Assembly: GCF_963921235.1 (NCBI RefSeq)
Contig: NC_086097.1
Location: forward strand, 254,202,001 to 254,266,000
Reading direction: 5' to 3'
Length of the DNA: 64,000 bases
Origin: Mobula hypostoma
Lineage: Eukaryota
Shown: piece by piece, positions 25,314-36,226 of the stretch
How the letters are laid out: every line of letters begins with the position of its first letter
Position numbering within the stretch: position 1 is the first letter of the stretch
The notes under the pieces: generated by a model
What the model saw: the letters and a program-made list of their open reading frames with translations, nothing else
What the model was told of the DNA's origin: nothing
The model's database searches: none
Program-made: the position numbers and the translations under genes

Positions 25314-28189
25314 AAATAAATGTTGTTAAAAGTTCAAGCAAATCCGCTAATAGAAAGGTTGTGAATGGTGGTAAAAATCTTCTGAGGTGTATATATTTCA
25401 ATGCTAGGAGTATTGTGGGGAAGGCGGATGAGTTGAGGGTGTGGATTGACACGTGGAATTATGACGTTATAGCAATTAGTGAAACTTGGCTACAGGAGGG
25501 GCAGGACTGGCAGCGTAATATTCTAGGGTTCCGATGTTTCAGATGTGATCGAGGCAGAGGAATGAAAGGTGGGGGAGTAGCATTGCTTGTTAGGGAAAAT
25601 ATTACAGCAGTGCTCAGGGAGGACAGATTAGAGGGCTTGTCTGCTGAGTCCTTATGGGTGGAGCTGAGAAACAGGAAAGGTATGGCCACATTAGTGGGAT
25701 TGTATTACAGACCACCCAATAGTCAACGAGAATTGGAAGAGCAAATCTGCAGGGAAATAGCAAGCAACTGCAGGAAACATAAAGTTGTGGTGGTAGGGGA
25801 TTTTAATTTTTCATATATTGATTGGGACTCCCATACTGTTAGGGGTCTAGATGGTTTAGAGTTTGTAAAATGTGTTCAGGAAAGTTTTCTAAATCAATAT
25901 ATAGAGGGACCAACTAGAGGGGATGCAATATTGGATCTCCTGTTAGGAAACGAGTTAGGACGAGTGACAGAAGTCTGTGCAGGGAAGCACTTTGGTTCCA
26001 GTGATCATAACACCATTAGTTTCAACTTGATCATGGACAAGGATAGATCTGGTCCTAGGGTTGAGGTTCTGAACTGGAAGAAGGCCAAATTTGAAGAAAT
26101 GAGAAAGGATCTAAAAAGCGTGGATTGGGACAGGTTATTCTCTGGCAAGGATGTGATCGGTAGGTGGGAAGCCTTCAAAGGAGAAATTTTGAGAGTGCAG
26201 AATTTGTATGTTCCTGTCAGGATTAAAGGCAAATTGAATAGGAATAAGGAACCTTGGTTCTCAAGGGATATTGCAACTCTGATAAAGAAGAAGAGGGAGT
26301 TGTATGACATGTATAAGAAGCAGGGAGTAAATAAGGTGCTTGAGGAGTATAAGAAGTGCAAGAAAATACTTAAGAAAGAAATCAGGAGTGCTAAAAGAAG
26401 ACATGAGGTTGCATTGGCCATCAAAGTGAAGGATAATCCAAAGAGCTTTTACAGGTATATTAAGAGCAAAAGGATTGTAAGGGATAAAATTGGTCCTCTT
26501 GAAGATCAGAGTGGTCGGCTATGTGCGGAACCAAAGGAAATGGGGGAGATCTTAAATAGGTTTTTTGCGTCTGTATTTACTAAGGAAACTGGCATGAAGT
26601 CTATGGAATTAGGGGAAACAAGTAGTGAGACCCTGGAAACTGTACAGATCGAAAAGGAGGAGATCCTTGCTGTCTTGAGGAAAATTAAAGTGGACAAATC
26701 CCCGGGACCTGACAGGGTGTTCCCTCAGACCTTGAAGGAGACTGGTGTTGAAATTGCAGGGGCCCTGGCAGAAATATTTAAAATGTTGCTGTCTACAGGT
26801 GAGGTGCCGGAGGATTGGAGAGTGGCTCATGTTGTTCCGTTGTTTAAAAAAGGATCGAAAAGTAATCTGGGAAATTATAGGCTGTTAAGTTTAACATCGG
26901 TAGTAGGTAAGTTATTGGAGGGAGTACTAAGAGACAGAATCTGCAAGCATTTGGATAGACAGGGAGTTATTAGGGAGAGTCAACATGACTTTGTGCGTGG
27001 CAGGTCATGTTTGACCAATCTATTGGAGTTTTTCGAGGAGGTTACCAGGAAAGTGGATGAAGGGAAGGCAGTGGATACTGTCTACATGGACTTCAGTAAG
27101 GCCTTTGGCAAGGTCCCGCATGGGAGGTTAGTTAGGAAAATTCAGTTGCTAGGTATACATGGAGAGGTGGTAAATTGGGTCAGACATTGGCTCAATGGAA
27201 GAAGCCAAAGAGTGGTAGTAGAGAATTGCTTCTCCGAGTGGAGACCTGTGACTAGTGGTGTGCCACAGGGATCAGTGCTGGGTCCATTGTTATTTGTCAT
27301 CTATATCAATGATCTGGATGATAATGTGGTAAATTGGATCAGCAAATTTGCTGATGATACAAAGATTGGAGGTGTAGCAGACAGTGAAGAAGGTTTTCAG
27401 AGCCTGCAGAGGGACTTGGACCAGCTGGAAAAATGGGCTGAAAAATGGTAGATGGAGTTTAATACTGACAAGTGTAAGGTATTGCACGTTGGAAGGACAA
27501 ACCAAGGTAGAACATATAGGGTTAATGGTCAGGCACTGAGGAGTGCAGTGGAACAGAGGGATCTGGGAATACAGATACAAAATTCCCTAAAAGTGCCGTC
27601 ACAGGTAGATAGGGTCGTAAAGAGAGCTTTTGATACATTGGCCTTTATTAATCAAAGTATTGAGTATAAGAGCTAGAATGTTATGATGAGGTTATATAAG
27701 GCATTGGTGAGGCCGAATCTGGAGTATTGTGTTCAATTTTGGTCACCAAATTACAGGAAGGATATAAATAAGGTTGAAACAGTGCAGAGAAGGTTTACAA
27801 GGTTGTTGCCGGGACTTGAGAAACTGAGTTACAGAGAAAGGTTGAATAGGTTAGGACTTTATTCCCTGGAGCGTAGAAGAATGAGGGGAGATTTGATAGA
27901 GGTATATAAAATTATGATGGGTATAGATAGAGTGAATGCAAGCAGGCTTTTTCCATTGAGGCAAGGGGAGAAAAAAACCAGAGGACATGGGTTAAGGGTG
28001 AGGGGGGAAAAGTTTAAAGGGAACATTAGGGGGGGCTTCTTCACACAGAGAGTGGTGGGAGTATGGAATGAGCTGCCAGACGAGGTGGTAAATGCGGGTT
28101 CTTTTTTAACATTTAAGAATAAATTGGACAGATACATGGATGGGAGGTGTACGGAGGGATATGGTCAGTGTGCAGGTCAGTGGGACTAG
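25262..28189 (+). pseudogene. CR1-A ORF2 (APE endonuclease + RT) with two in-frame TAG stops
   Basis: One frame throughout: [33 protein letters not shown]. Stops at 27449-27451 (probably from CAG) and 27674-27676 (probably from TGG). Confidence 0.93.
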
Positions 28190-29288
28190 GCAGAAAATCT
28201 TTCGGTACAGCCAAGAAGGGCCAAAAAGCCTGTTTCTGTGCTGTAGTTTCTATGGTTCTATGGTTCTATGATGTGATGTTGTGGCTCTATAAGACACTGG
28301 TGAGACCTCACTTGGAGTACTGTGGGCAGTTTTGATCTTTTTTAAGAAAAGATGTTCTGACGTTGGAGAGAGTACAGAGAAGATTCACTAGAATGATTCC
28401 GGGAATGAGAGGGTTAACATATGAGAAATGTTTGTCCGCTCTTGGGCTGTATTCCTTGGAGTTTAGAAGAGTGAGGGGGGACCTCATAGAAACATTTCAA
28501 ATGTTGAAAAACTTGGACAGAGTGGATGTGGCAAAGTTGTTTCCCATGATGGGGGAGTCTAGTACGAGAGGGCATGACTTAGGGATTGAAGGGCGCCCAT
28601 TCAGAACAGAAATGTGAAGAAATTTTTTTAGTCACAGGGTGGTGAATCTATGGAATTTGTTGCCACGGGCAGCAGTGGAGGCCAAGTCATTGGGTGTATT
28701 TAAGGCAGAGATTGATAGGTATCTGAGTTGCCAGGGCATCAAAGGTTATGGTGAGAAGGCGGGGTGTGGGACTAAATGGGAGAATGGATCAGCTCATGAT
28801 AAGATTGCGGGGCAGACTCGATGGGCTGAATGGCTGACTTCTGCTCCTTGTCCTATGGTCTAAGAACCTTCATCAGGACTGGAGAAAAAAAATAAGAAGT
28901 CAGAGGTAGAAGGTGGCGAGTATGATTTGGTGGCCATTACAGAGATGTGGATTGCAGGGTGGAGAGGATTGGGAATTAAATATCCAATGATATCAGATAA
29001 TACGGAAGGAAGGTAAGGGAGGTGGGGGCAGCACTCTTAATTAAAGAGGAGATCAGGGCAATAGTGAGAGACGATATAAGATCTAAGGAACAGAATGATG
29101 AATCCATCTGGGTAAAGATTAGGAATAGTAAATGGAAAAAAAAATCACTGGTGGGAGCCACCAGATGAAAACATTACTGGGACACAGGCAAAATACAGAA
29201 ATATCTGAGGCATTTAACAGTGGAACAACAGTTATCATGGGGGACTTTAACTTGCACACAGATTGGGTGAATCAAGTTGGTCGAGATA

Positions 29289-30272
29289 ATAGAAACATAG
29301 AAACATAGAAAATAGGTGCAGGAGTAGGCCATTCGGCCCTTCGAGCCTGCACCACCATTTATTATGATCATGGCTGATCATCCAACTCAGAACCCAGCCT
29401 TCCCTCCATACCCCCTGACCCCTGTAGCCACAAGGGCCATATCTAACTTCCTTTTAAACATAGCTAATGAACTGGCCTCAACAGTTTGCTGTGGCAGAGA
29501 ATTCCACAGATTCACCACTCTCTGTGTGAAGAAGTTTTTCCTAACCTCGGTCCTAAAAGGCTTCCCCTCTATCCTCAAACTGTGACCCCTCGTTCTAGAC
29601 CTCCCCAACATCGGGAACAATCTTCCCGCATCTAGCCTGTCCAATCCCTTTAGGATCTTATACGTTTCAATCAGATCCCCCCTCAATCTTCTAAATTCCA
29701 ACGAGTACAAGCCCAGTTCATCCAGTCTTTCTTCATATGAAAGACCTGCCATCCCAGGAATCAATCTGGTGAACCTTCTTTGTACTCCCTCTATGGCAAG
29801 GATGTCTTTCCTCAGATTAGGGGACCAAAACTGCACACAATACTCCAGGTGTGGTCTCACCAAGGCCTTGTACAACTGCAGTAGTACCTCCCTGCTCCTG
29901 TACTCGAATCCTCTCGCTATAAATGCCAGCATACCGTTCGCCTTTTTCACCGCCTGCTGTACCTGCATGCCCACTTTCAATGACTGGTGTATAATGACAC
30001 CCAGGTCTCGTTGCACCTCCCCTTTTCCTAATCGGCCACCATTCAGATAATAATCTGTTTTCCTATTTTTGCCACCAAAGTGGATAACTTCACATTTATC
30101 CACATTAAATTGCATCTGCCATGAGTTTGCCCACTCACCCAACCTATCCAAGTCACCCTGCATCCTCTTAGCATCCTCCTCACTGCTAACACTGCCACCC
30201 AGCTTTGTGTGATCCGCAAACTTGGAGATGCTGCATTTAATTCCCTCATCCAAGTCATTAATATATATTGTA
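29289..30272 (-). mobile_element. Young 5'-truncated CR1 (label C), with an open 288-aa RT C-terminus
   Basis: ORF 29387-30253 uninterrupted; (GTTTCTAT)n tail; near-identical to 50198-51175. Confidence 0.93.
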
Positions 30273-30866
30273 CGAGGACTTCATAGAATGCATCCATGAT
30301 GGCTTTCTTGAACAACACATTATTGAACCTACAAGGGAACATATTATCTTAGATGTGGTCCTGTGCAATGAGACAGGTAAAATTAGTGATCTTGTAGTTT
30401 GGGATCCTCTTGAGTATGATTGAGTTTCTCATACAAATGGAGGGTGCAATAGTTCACTTGAAAACCTGTGTATTATACCAAAACAATGAAGACTACAATG
30501 AGATGAGGGACGATTTGGCCAGTGTAGACTGGAAACGCAGGCTATATGGAGGGTCGGTTGAGGAATAATGGAAGACTTTCAAAGAGATTTTTCACAGTGT
30601 TCAACAAAACTATATTCCAACAAAGAAGCCCTAAGCGAGCAATAAAGAAAGAGTAGATTATGAAAATAAACCAGCACAAAATATAAAAATGGAGAGTATA
30701 AGTTTTTATAATTATATAAAGCAGAAATGGTTGGCTAAAGGTCCCTTATAGGATGAGAAGGGGGAATTGATATTGGGTAATGAGCAAATGGAAGAGGCTT
30801 TGCATGACTATTTTGTATCAGTCTTCACGGTGGAGGACATGTCTAACATACCAAAGAGAGATGTTA

Positions 30867-31492
30867 GATTATGAAGACACGTAGTCCTCTTTTATTGTCA
30901 TTTAGTAATGCATGCATTAAGAAATGATACATTATTTCCTCCGGTGTGATATCACAAAACACAGGACAAACCAAGACTAAAAAAACTGACAGAAAAACCA
31001 CATAATTATGACATATAGTTACAACAGTGCACAATACCATAACTTGATGAAGAAGTCCGTGAACACAGTAAAGTTCAAAATTTCTCAAATGTCCCACATC
31101 TCACGCAGACGGGAGAAGGAAGAAAAACTCTCCCTGCCATGCCGACCACAATCCGACTCTGAGTCATCCGAAAACTTTCAGCTCTGATCAGCTCTCCGAC
31201 ACCGAGTACTGAGCACCATCTCTGTCCAAGCGATTCGACCTCTTTCTCAGTCGCCAAAAGCAGGCAAGGCCAGGGATTTTGAGGCCTACCCTCCGAAAGG
31301 TTCCCGACTGCGCAGTAACAACAGCAGCAAACGAGCATTTCAGAAATTTCTCCAGATGTTCCTCTATGCTTTCACTTCCATTCTCCATCAATTCAGAATT
31401 GCCCACGGCCCCTATTTAACAGATACGGCATCATTTTTCACCGGAGAGCTGCGCATGCGCAGCGCGCTGCTCTCTCTCTCTCCTCCCGCCTT
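30867..31492 (-). mobile_element. 626-bp non-coding non-autonomous retroelement with ATGTTA TSD
   Basis: TSD at 30861-30866 and 31493-31498; CpG-rich 5' end; T-rich 3' part with AATAAA; no RT motifs. Confidence 0.8.
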
Positions 31493-32299
31493 ATGTTATG
31501 GATGCGATGGGAGGTGAAAACCTCGATACAATATCTATCACTAAAGAGGTAGTGTTGAGCAAACTTGTGGGGCTGAAGATAGATAAGTCCCCTGGTCCTG
31601 AAGGAATGCATCCCAGGGTATTGAAAGAAATGGCAGAAGTTATAGTCGAGACTTTGGTGATAATTTACCAAAATTCTCTGGACTCTGGGTAGGTCCTGGG
31701 GGACTGGAAGACGGCGAATGTCACACCACTGTTCAAAAAAGGATGTAGGCAAAAGGCAGGTAACTATAGGCCAGTCAGTTTAACATCTGTAGCTGGGAAA
31801 ATGCGTGAAGTTATCATTAAAGAAGAAATAGCGAGGCATCTGTAAAGAAATGGATCCATCAGGCAGACACAGCATGGATTCAGCAAAGAAGGGTCCTGTT
31901 TGACAATCTTACTGTAGTTCTTTGAGGATATAACGAGCACAGTGGATAGAGGGGAACAGATGGATGGATTTCCAGATGGCATTCGATAAGGTGCTGTATA
32001 AAAGACATCCATAAGATAAGGATGCATAGAGTAGGGGGTGATGTGTTAGCATGGATAGAGGATTGGTTAACTAATAGAAAGCAGAGAGTTGCGATACGTG
32101 GGTGTTACTCTGGTTGGCAATCAGTGGTGAGCGGCGTGCCATAGGGGTTAGTGCTGGGCCCGCAACTGTTCACGATATACGTTAACGATCTGGAAGAGTG
32201 GACTGCGTGCAGTATATCTAAGTTCTCTGATGATACTAGATTGAGTGGGAAAGCACATTGTGCAGAAGATATGGAGAGTTTGCAGAGAGATATAGATAG

Positions 32300-33141
32300 T
32301 GTTACGAGAATACACATAAAACTAAGATGTTTGCTGGCCTGGGCTAGCATCAGTGGCATCAGCAGTTGGTCTGCCACCTGCCCGCAGGGGAAGGAGAGAT
32401 AAGGAACAATGGAGCAGCGTCTGGAGATGTGTAATGAAGGGATGTGGGAGGAAGAGCTGTCTGGAGCGGCTCCCCCCTTTGAACCCTGAACTGTTTGAAG
32501 TGATGGACAGGCGATACCCCAGCAGGGGGATAAAAAGGGACAGGTTCGCTAAGACAGACACACACGCCACCCGAGGTAACGAGACCCTGGAAGCGGTGCG
32601 CTTCTCACGAGTGGGTGAGAAGTCCCAGACAACGACAAGGGTGGAAAGGTACGATCAGCGGGAACCCGGTGTGTGTCCGCCCTTGCCTGGGTGCCGGGTT
32701 CACTGCAGAGGATCGACCGCATCTGGAGGAGGGGTCACAGTCGGTGACCTCAGGTGACATCACCAAGGACCTGCCCAAAAGCTGTTTGTGAGCCATCCCG
32801 CTGGTCTGTGAGTGAAGCAGTGTTCTGAATGATCAGTTGTTCCTATTCTGTCTCTCTTCCCCCACCTTGTCCATCGCCATGGCAACGATTACTGCGAACT
32901 GAACTTTGAGTCATTTTGAAATTGGTCATTTACCCCTAGACAATGATAGAGCTTGATTGATGCTGTTATCTTAATTCTGTGCACATGTGTGTTTATCATC
33001 ACTGAACTGTTGCATTTATTATCCCTTCGATTACTGTGTTGCTTGTTTCCTTAATAAAACTTTCTTAGTTCTAGTACTCCAGACTCCAACTGAGTGATCC
33101 ATTTCTGCTGGTTTGGCAACCCAGTTACGGGGTACGTAACA
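32300..33141 (+). repeat. 5' LTR
   Basis: Direct repeat of 36227-37068; TG...CA ends; TATA-like GATAAAAA at about 32529; AATAAA at 33053. Confidence 0.97.
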
Positions 33142-33145
33142 TAAG

Positions 33146-33164
33146 TGGGGTTCTCGTCCGCGAT
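33146..33164 (+). promoter_or_regulatory. Primer-binding site, tRNA-Pro-like (imperfect)
   Basis: TGGGGTTCTCGTCCGCGAT versus TGGGGGCTCGTCCGGGAT, the complement of the tRNA-Pro 3' end; lies 4 nt after the LTR. Confidence 0.8.
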
Positions 33165-33240
33165 TTTGAACGCTAAATTTGGGACGGAGTAAATTGATTG
33201 GGTTAAAATTCCCGAAAGAAAGAAAAGACAAACAGCAGAA

Positions 33241-36054
33241 ATGGAGGTTGAGGAATTTATAAAGGCGCCGACCCTGGAGGCATTAGAGGATGCCAGGAAA
33301 TCGGAATTGATAGCTGTGGCCAAACGGGTGAATCTTACTAAGGTGAAGTCGACAATGAGGAGAGAGGAGATACACAGAGCTATTGTAGAGCACTATGTAT
33401 CTAAAGGTGTGTTTCCCCAAGGTGAGCTGGGGGTGGTGTCTATTGAAAAACCTGCTGGAGACGCGGTACAGGTACAGCTTGAAAAACTGAGACTCGAGCA
33501 CGAGTTCCGGGTACGGCAGTTAGAACACGAAGAGAAGCAGGTAGAAAGGCAAGAGAGAGAAAGACAGTTGGAGAGAGAAGAGAGAGAGAGGGACAGACAG
33601 TTGGAGAGAGAGGAGAAACAGAGGGAAAGGGAATTTGAGCTGGAAAAGTTAAGGATAAGGGCCGAGCAGGGGCTCGTGCCGAACCAAGGTGGAGGGTTCC
33701 GGGCGACCCAGGAGGTTAGGCTGGTTCCCCCATTTGACGATACCGATGTGGATCGGTACTTTCTCCACTTCGAAAAAGTAGCTATAAGTCAGGACTGGCC
33801 GAGGGATAAGTGGGTTGTCTTACTTCAGAGTGTACTGAAAGGGAAAGCCCAACAAGCTTACTCCGCTTTATCCGCGGAAGATGCCCAGAAGTATGAGGTG
33901 GTGAAGGAGGCCATCCTCAGGATTTATGAGTTGGTCCCGGAGGCATACCGGCAGAGGTTCCGGAATGCGAGGAAGCGGTGGGACCGCACGTATTTGGAGT
34001 TTGCTCGCGAGATGCAAACATATTGTGAGCGTTGGTGCGCCTCGAAAGGGGTAGAGGGGGATTATGACAGACTGCTGCAACTGATTCTGATTGAGCAGTT
34101 TAAAGGTTGTGTCCCTGAGGGTATGAGACCCTACCTCGATGAGAAAGAGGCAGCCACGTTAGCCGCAACTGCTAAGTTAGCGGATGAGTATGCGTTGACG
34201 CATAAAATGAAGGTTGCCCCGAGTAAAGGCTACCAGAAGGGTAGTCAGGACGGCGGGGAGAGTCCACCGGAAAAGTCAGAAAGTAAGCCGGGGACTAGTG
34301 AAAAGGATAAGGTAGACCGGGAGCAGTCTGGTGGGAAGTCTCCTGGGGTCGTCTGTTATAATTGTGGGAAAGTCGGACACTTTGCGTCCAGGTGCTTTGC
34401 CCCAAGGAAGGAGACGGGGAAAGGAAAAGCGGAAATTTTGAATGGCTGTATTGAGCTGTTAAGCGAACCGCTAGGGAAGGACAGGTCTGAAAAAGTCCAG
34501 GAAGGGCGCGAGAGGTTTATCTCGGCCGGACTGGTGTCAGTGAAAAAGAGGTTAAAACCAGTTCCAGTGCGGATCTGGAGAGACACGGGAGCGTGTCAGT
34601 CACTAATACTGAAGAGTGTATTAGAGTTTAGCTCAGAGACCCAGACTGGGGAGGTAGAGGTCAAAGGTGTTGGGGAAGGGACAGAGTCAGTCCCTTTGCA
34701 CCAGATACATTTACAGAGCAACCTGGTCTCTGGACTAGTCACGATCGGGGTGAGGTCCGAATTACCGATGAAAGACGTGGAAGTCTTGCTCGGTAATGAC
34801 ATCGCCGGAGGAATCGTGTTCCCAGTCGTGAGATTGACGGGTCAGCCTGCCAGCATGGAGGCCCCGCCCGCGATGGTGAATTTGGCTGAAACATTTCTGC
34901 CAACCTTGTATGAGACAGGGTGTAGTGAGTTAAGAGGTAGTGAGGGAGCTGGGACGGACGTAGCAGTAGCCAGGAAAGAATTTGTGCAGACGCAGGAGCG
35001 AGGCGAGGGGCTGATGGGTTTTGCAGAGACCGCTCTCTCTGACACAGCCTTGACAAGCTATTGTGCGGATGAGGAAGTGCTACGGAAGAAAGGGAAATCA
35101 AGTACAGCATCCGCAGATGAGGAGTGGGGGGTGGTGCAAAAGAGTTATGGGGATGAGGTTTTTAACATGGCCCACGAGGTACCCCCCGATGGACATTTTG
35201 CGGTGCTGGAGGAAACAGTTGGTGGAATCATGAAAGAGATTTACCGGCTGCCCAGGGGGAAAAATGTTATTGATCATGACCGACGCGAACTGAGACGGTC
35301 ACCGGCTTTTGATATGCTAACAAACCTGGTCGGTGTTAGCGTGGAAATCAATGAAGCTAGGGGCCCCCTGCTAAGAGGAAAAAACCATTTTGAAAAGATT
35401 AGGATGGGATCGGTCAGATGGGAGAAGGCTATTGTTTTGGCCAGGTCTACTGATAAGGTCTCTCCCTTAATCCCCGAAGGAGTAATTAAACGACTCGCAC
35501 CCATGTGTTTGATTGTCCCGAGGAAATGCAAAGAACTGGGACGTTGGGCGATTGTGGTTACAATAGGGCAGCCAAGTAAACAACACCTATATTTTTCGAG
35601 TAATTCAGTGACTAAAGGGCTGATGAACACAGAGGTGTGTATTGGCAATTTAACACGGCTGTCTGAAGCCAGCTTGATAGTGAACCTTGAAAAAAATGAA
35701 TTCGGCCACACGAATGTCACTTACCTGGGAATTGTGGTGACACAGGGGCAGCTGGCAGTGATGCAAGCTACAGTGCAGGCTATCGCTGACCTCCCAACCC
35801 CGACAGACAAGAGGGCCCTCAGAAGGCTTTTGGAGATGGTGGGGTACTGCAGGAAGTTTTGCAATAACTCTGCGGTCAATACCCGTCCCCCTCCTACTAA
35901 GCCCTTGCGAGGGAAAATTGAGTCGGAATGGGACGACCCTTGTTGTTGTGGTCCGGGACAAAACCAAATGAGAGGTTACATTGGTCGCAATTCATCAGTG
36001 TTTTTGGCCACTATGAAGTTTGCTGAGTTGGAGCCTGGTCTAAGGGATTATTAA
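33241..36054 (+). CDS. 937-aa Gag-protease polyprotein with vestigial integrase and RT segments
   Basis: Coiled coil (QLEREER repeats); SCAN-like capsid PEAYRQRFR...LILIEQF...KLADEY (about 33937-34191); CYNCGKVGHFASRC (34354-34395); protease RDTGA (34582) and LLGND; IN-like AHEVPPDGH and ARGPL; RT-like PSKQHLY and LIVNLEKNEF...YLG...GYCRKF. Confidence 0.92.
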   Translation: MEVEEFIKAPTLEALEDARKSELIAVAKRVNLTKVKSTMRREEIHRAIVEHYVSKGVFPQGELGVVSIEKPAGDAVQVQLEKLRLEHEFRVRQLEHEEKQVERQERERQLEREERERDRQLEREEKQREREFELEKLRIRAEQGLVPNQGGGFRATQEVRLVPPFDDTDVDRYFLHFEKVAISQDWPRDKWVVLLQSVLKGKAQQAYSALSAEDAQKYEVVKEAILRIYELVPEAYRQRFRNARKRWDRTYLEFAREMQTYCERWCASKGVEGDYDRLLQLILIEQFKGCVPEGMRPYLDEKEAATLAATAKLADEYALTHKMKVAPSKGYQKGSQDGGESPPEKSESKPGTSEKDKVDREQSGGKSPGVVCYNCGKVGHFASRCFAPRKETGKGKAEILNGCIELLSEPLGKDRSEKVQEGRERFISAGLVSVKKRLKPVPVRIWRDTGACQSLILKSVLEFSSETQTGEVEVKGVGEGTESVPLHQIHLQSNLVSGLVTIGVRSELPMKDVEVLLGNDIAGGIVFPVVRLTGQPASMEAPPAMVNLAETFLPTLYETGCSELRGSEGAGTDVAVARKEFVQTQERGEGLMGFAETALSDTALTSYCADEEVLRKKGKSSTASADEEWGVVQKSYGDEVFNMAHEVPPDGHFAVLEETVGGIMKEIYRLPRGKNVIDHDRRELRRSPAFDMLTNLVGVSVEINEARGPLLRGKNHFEKIRMGSVRWEKAIVLARSTDKVSPLIPEGVIKRLAPMCLIVPRKCKELGRWAIVVTIGQPSKQHLYFSSNSVTKGLMNTEVCIGNLTRLSEASLIVNLEKNEFGHTNVTYLGIVVTQGQLAVMQATVQAIADLPTPTDKRALRRLLEMVGYCRKFCNNSAVNTRPPPTKPLRGKIESEWDDPCCCGPGQNQMRGYIGRNSSVFLATMKFAELEPGLRDY

Positions 36055-36214
36055 TAACACGTGTAAAAGGAACAGAAAATGTGATGACTGTCTGTCAAGG
36101 TATTGACAGCTTCAAATTCTCTGTATTAGCTAAATAACTGTTAAAGATGTATATTGTGTATGTATCAGATAATGTAGTCATGTTTGTAATTTTTACCTCC
36201 CGGTAAAAATCCTT

Positions 36215-36226
36215 AAAGGGGGGAAG
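36215..36226 (+). promoter_or_regulatory. Polypurine tract
   Basis: AAAGGGGGGAAG directly before the 3' LTR. Confidence 0.9.

Larger units (their letters stand above)
23972..28270 (+). mobile_element. Near full-length CR1 LINE (label A): 5' UTR, ORF1, ORF2 and (TATGGTTC)n tail
   Basis: CpG-rich 5' UTR, esterase ORF1, APE+RT ORF2 and an 8-bp tandem 3' tail ending at 28270. Confidence 0.96.
23612..28860 (+). mobile_element. CR1-G 3' fragment (23612-23971 and 28270-28860) split by the full-length CR1-A
   Basis: Near-identical to 4188-5131; ...aggagcaagga| resumes |atgtgatgttg; probable ctaaga TSD at 23606-23611 and 28860-28865. Confidence 0.9.

Noticed and set aside
32280..32796. ORFs duplicated in both LTRs (134 aa + and 82/68 aa -)
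   Set aside because: They recur only because the LTRs are near-identical; no recognisable domain.
33520..33640. AG-rich tandem repeat in gag
   Set aside because: Encodes an ordinary E/R-rich coiled coil, typical of this Gag type.
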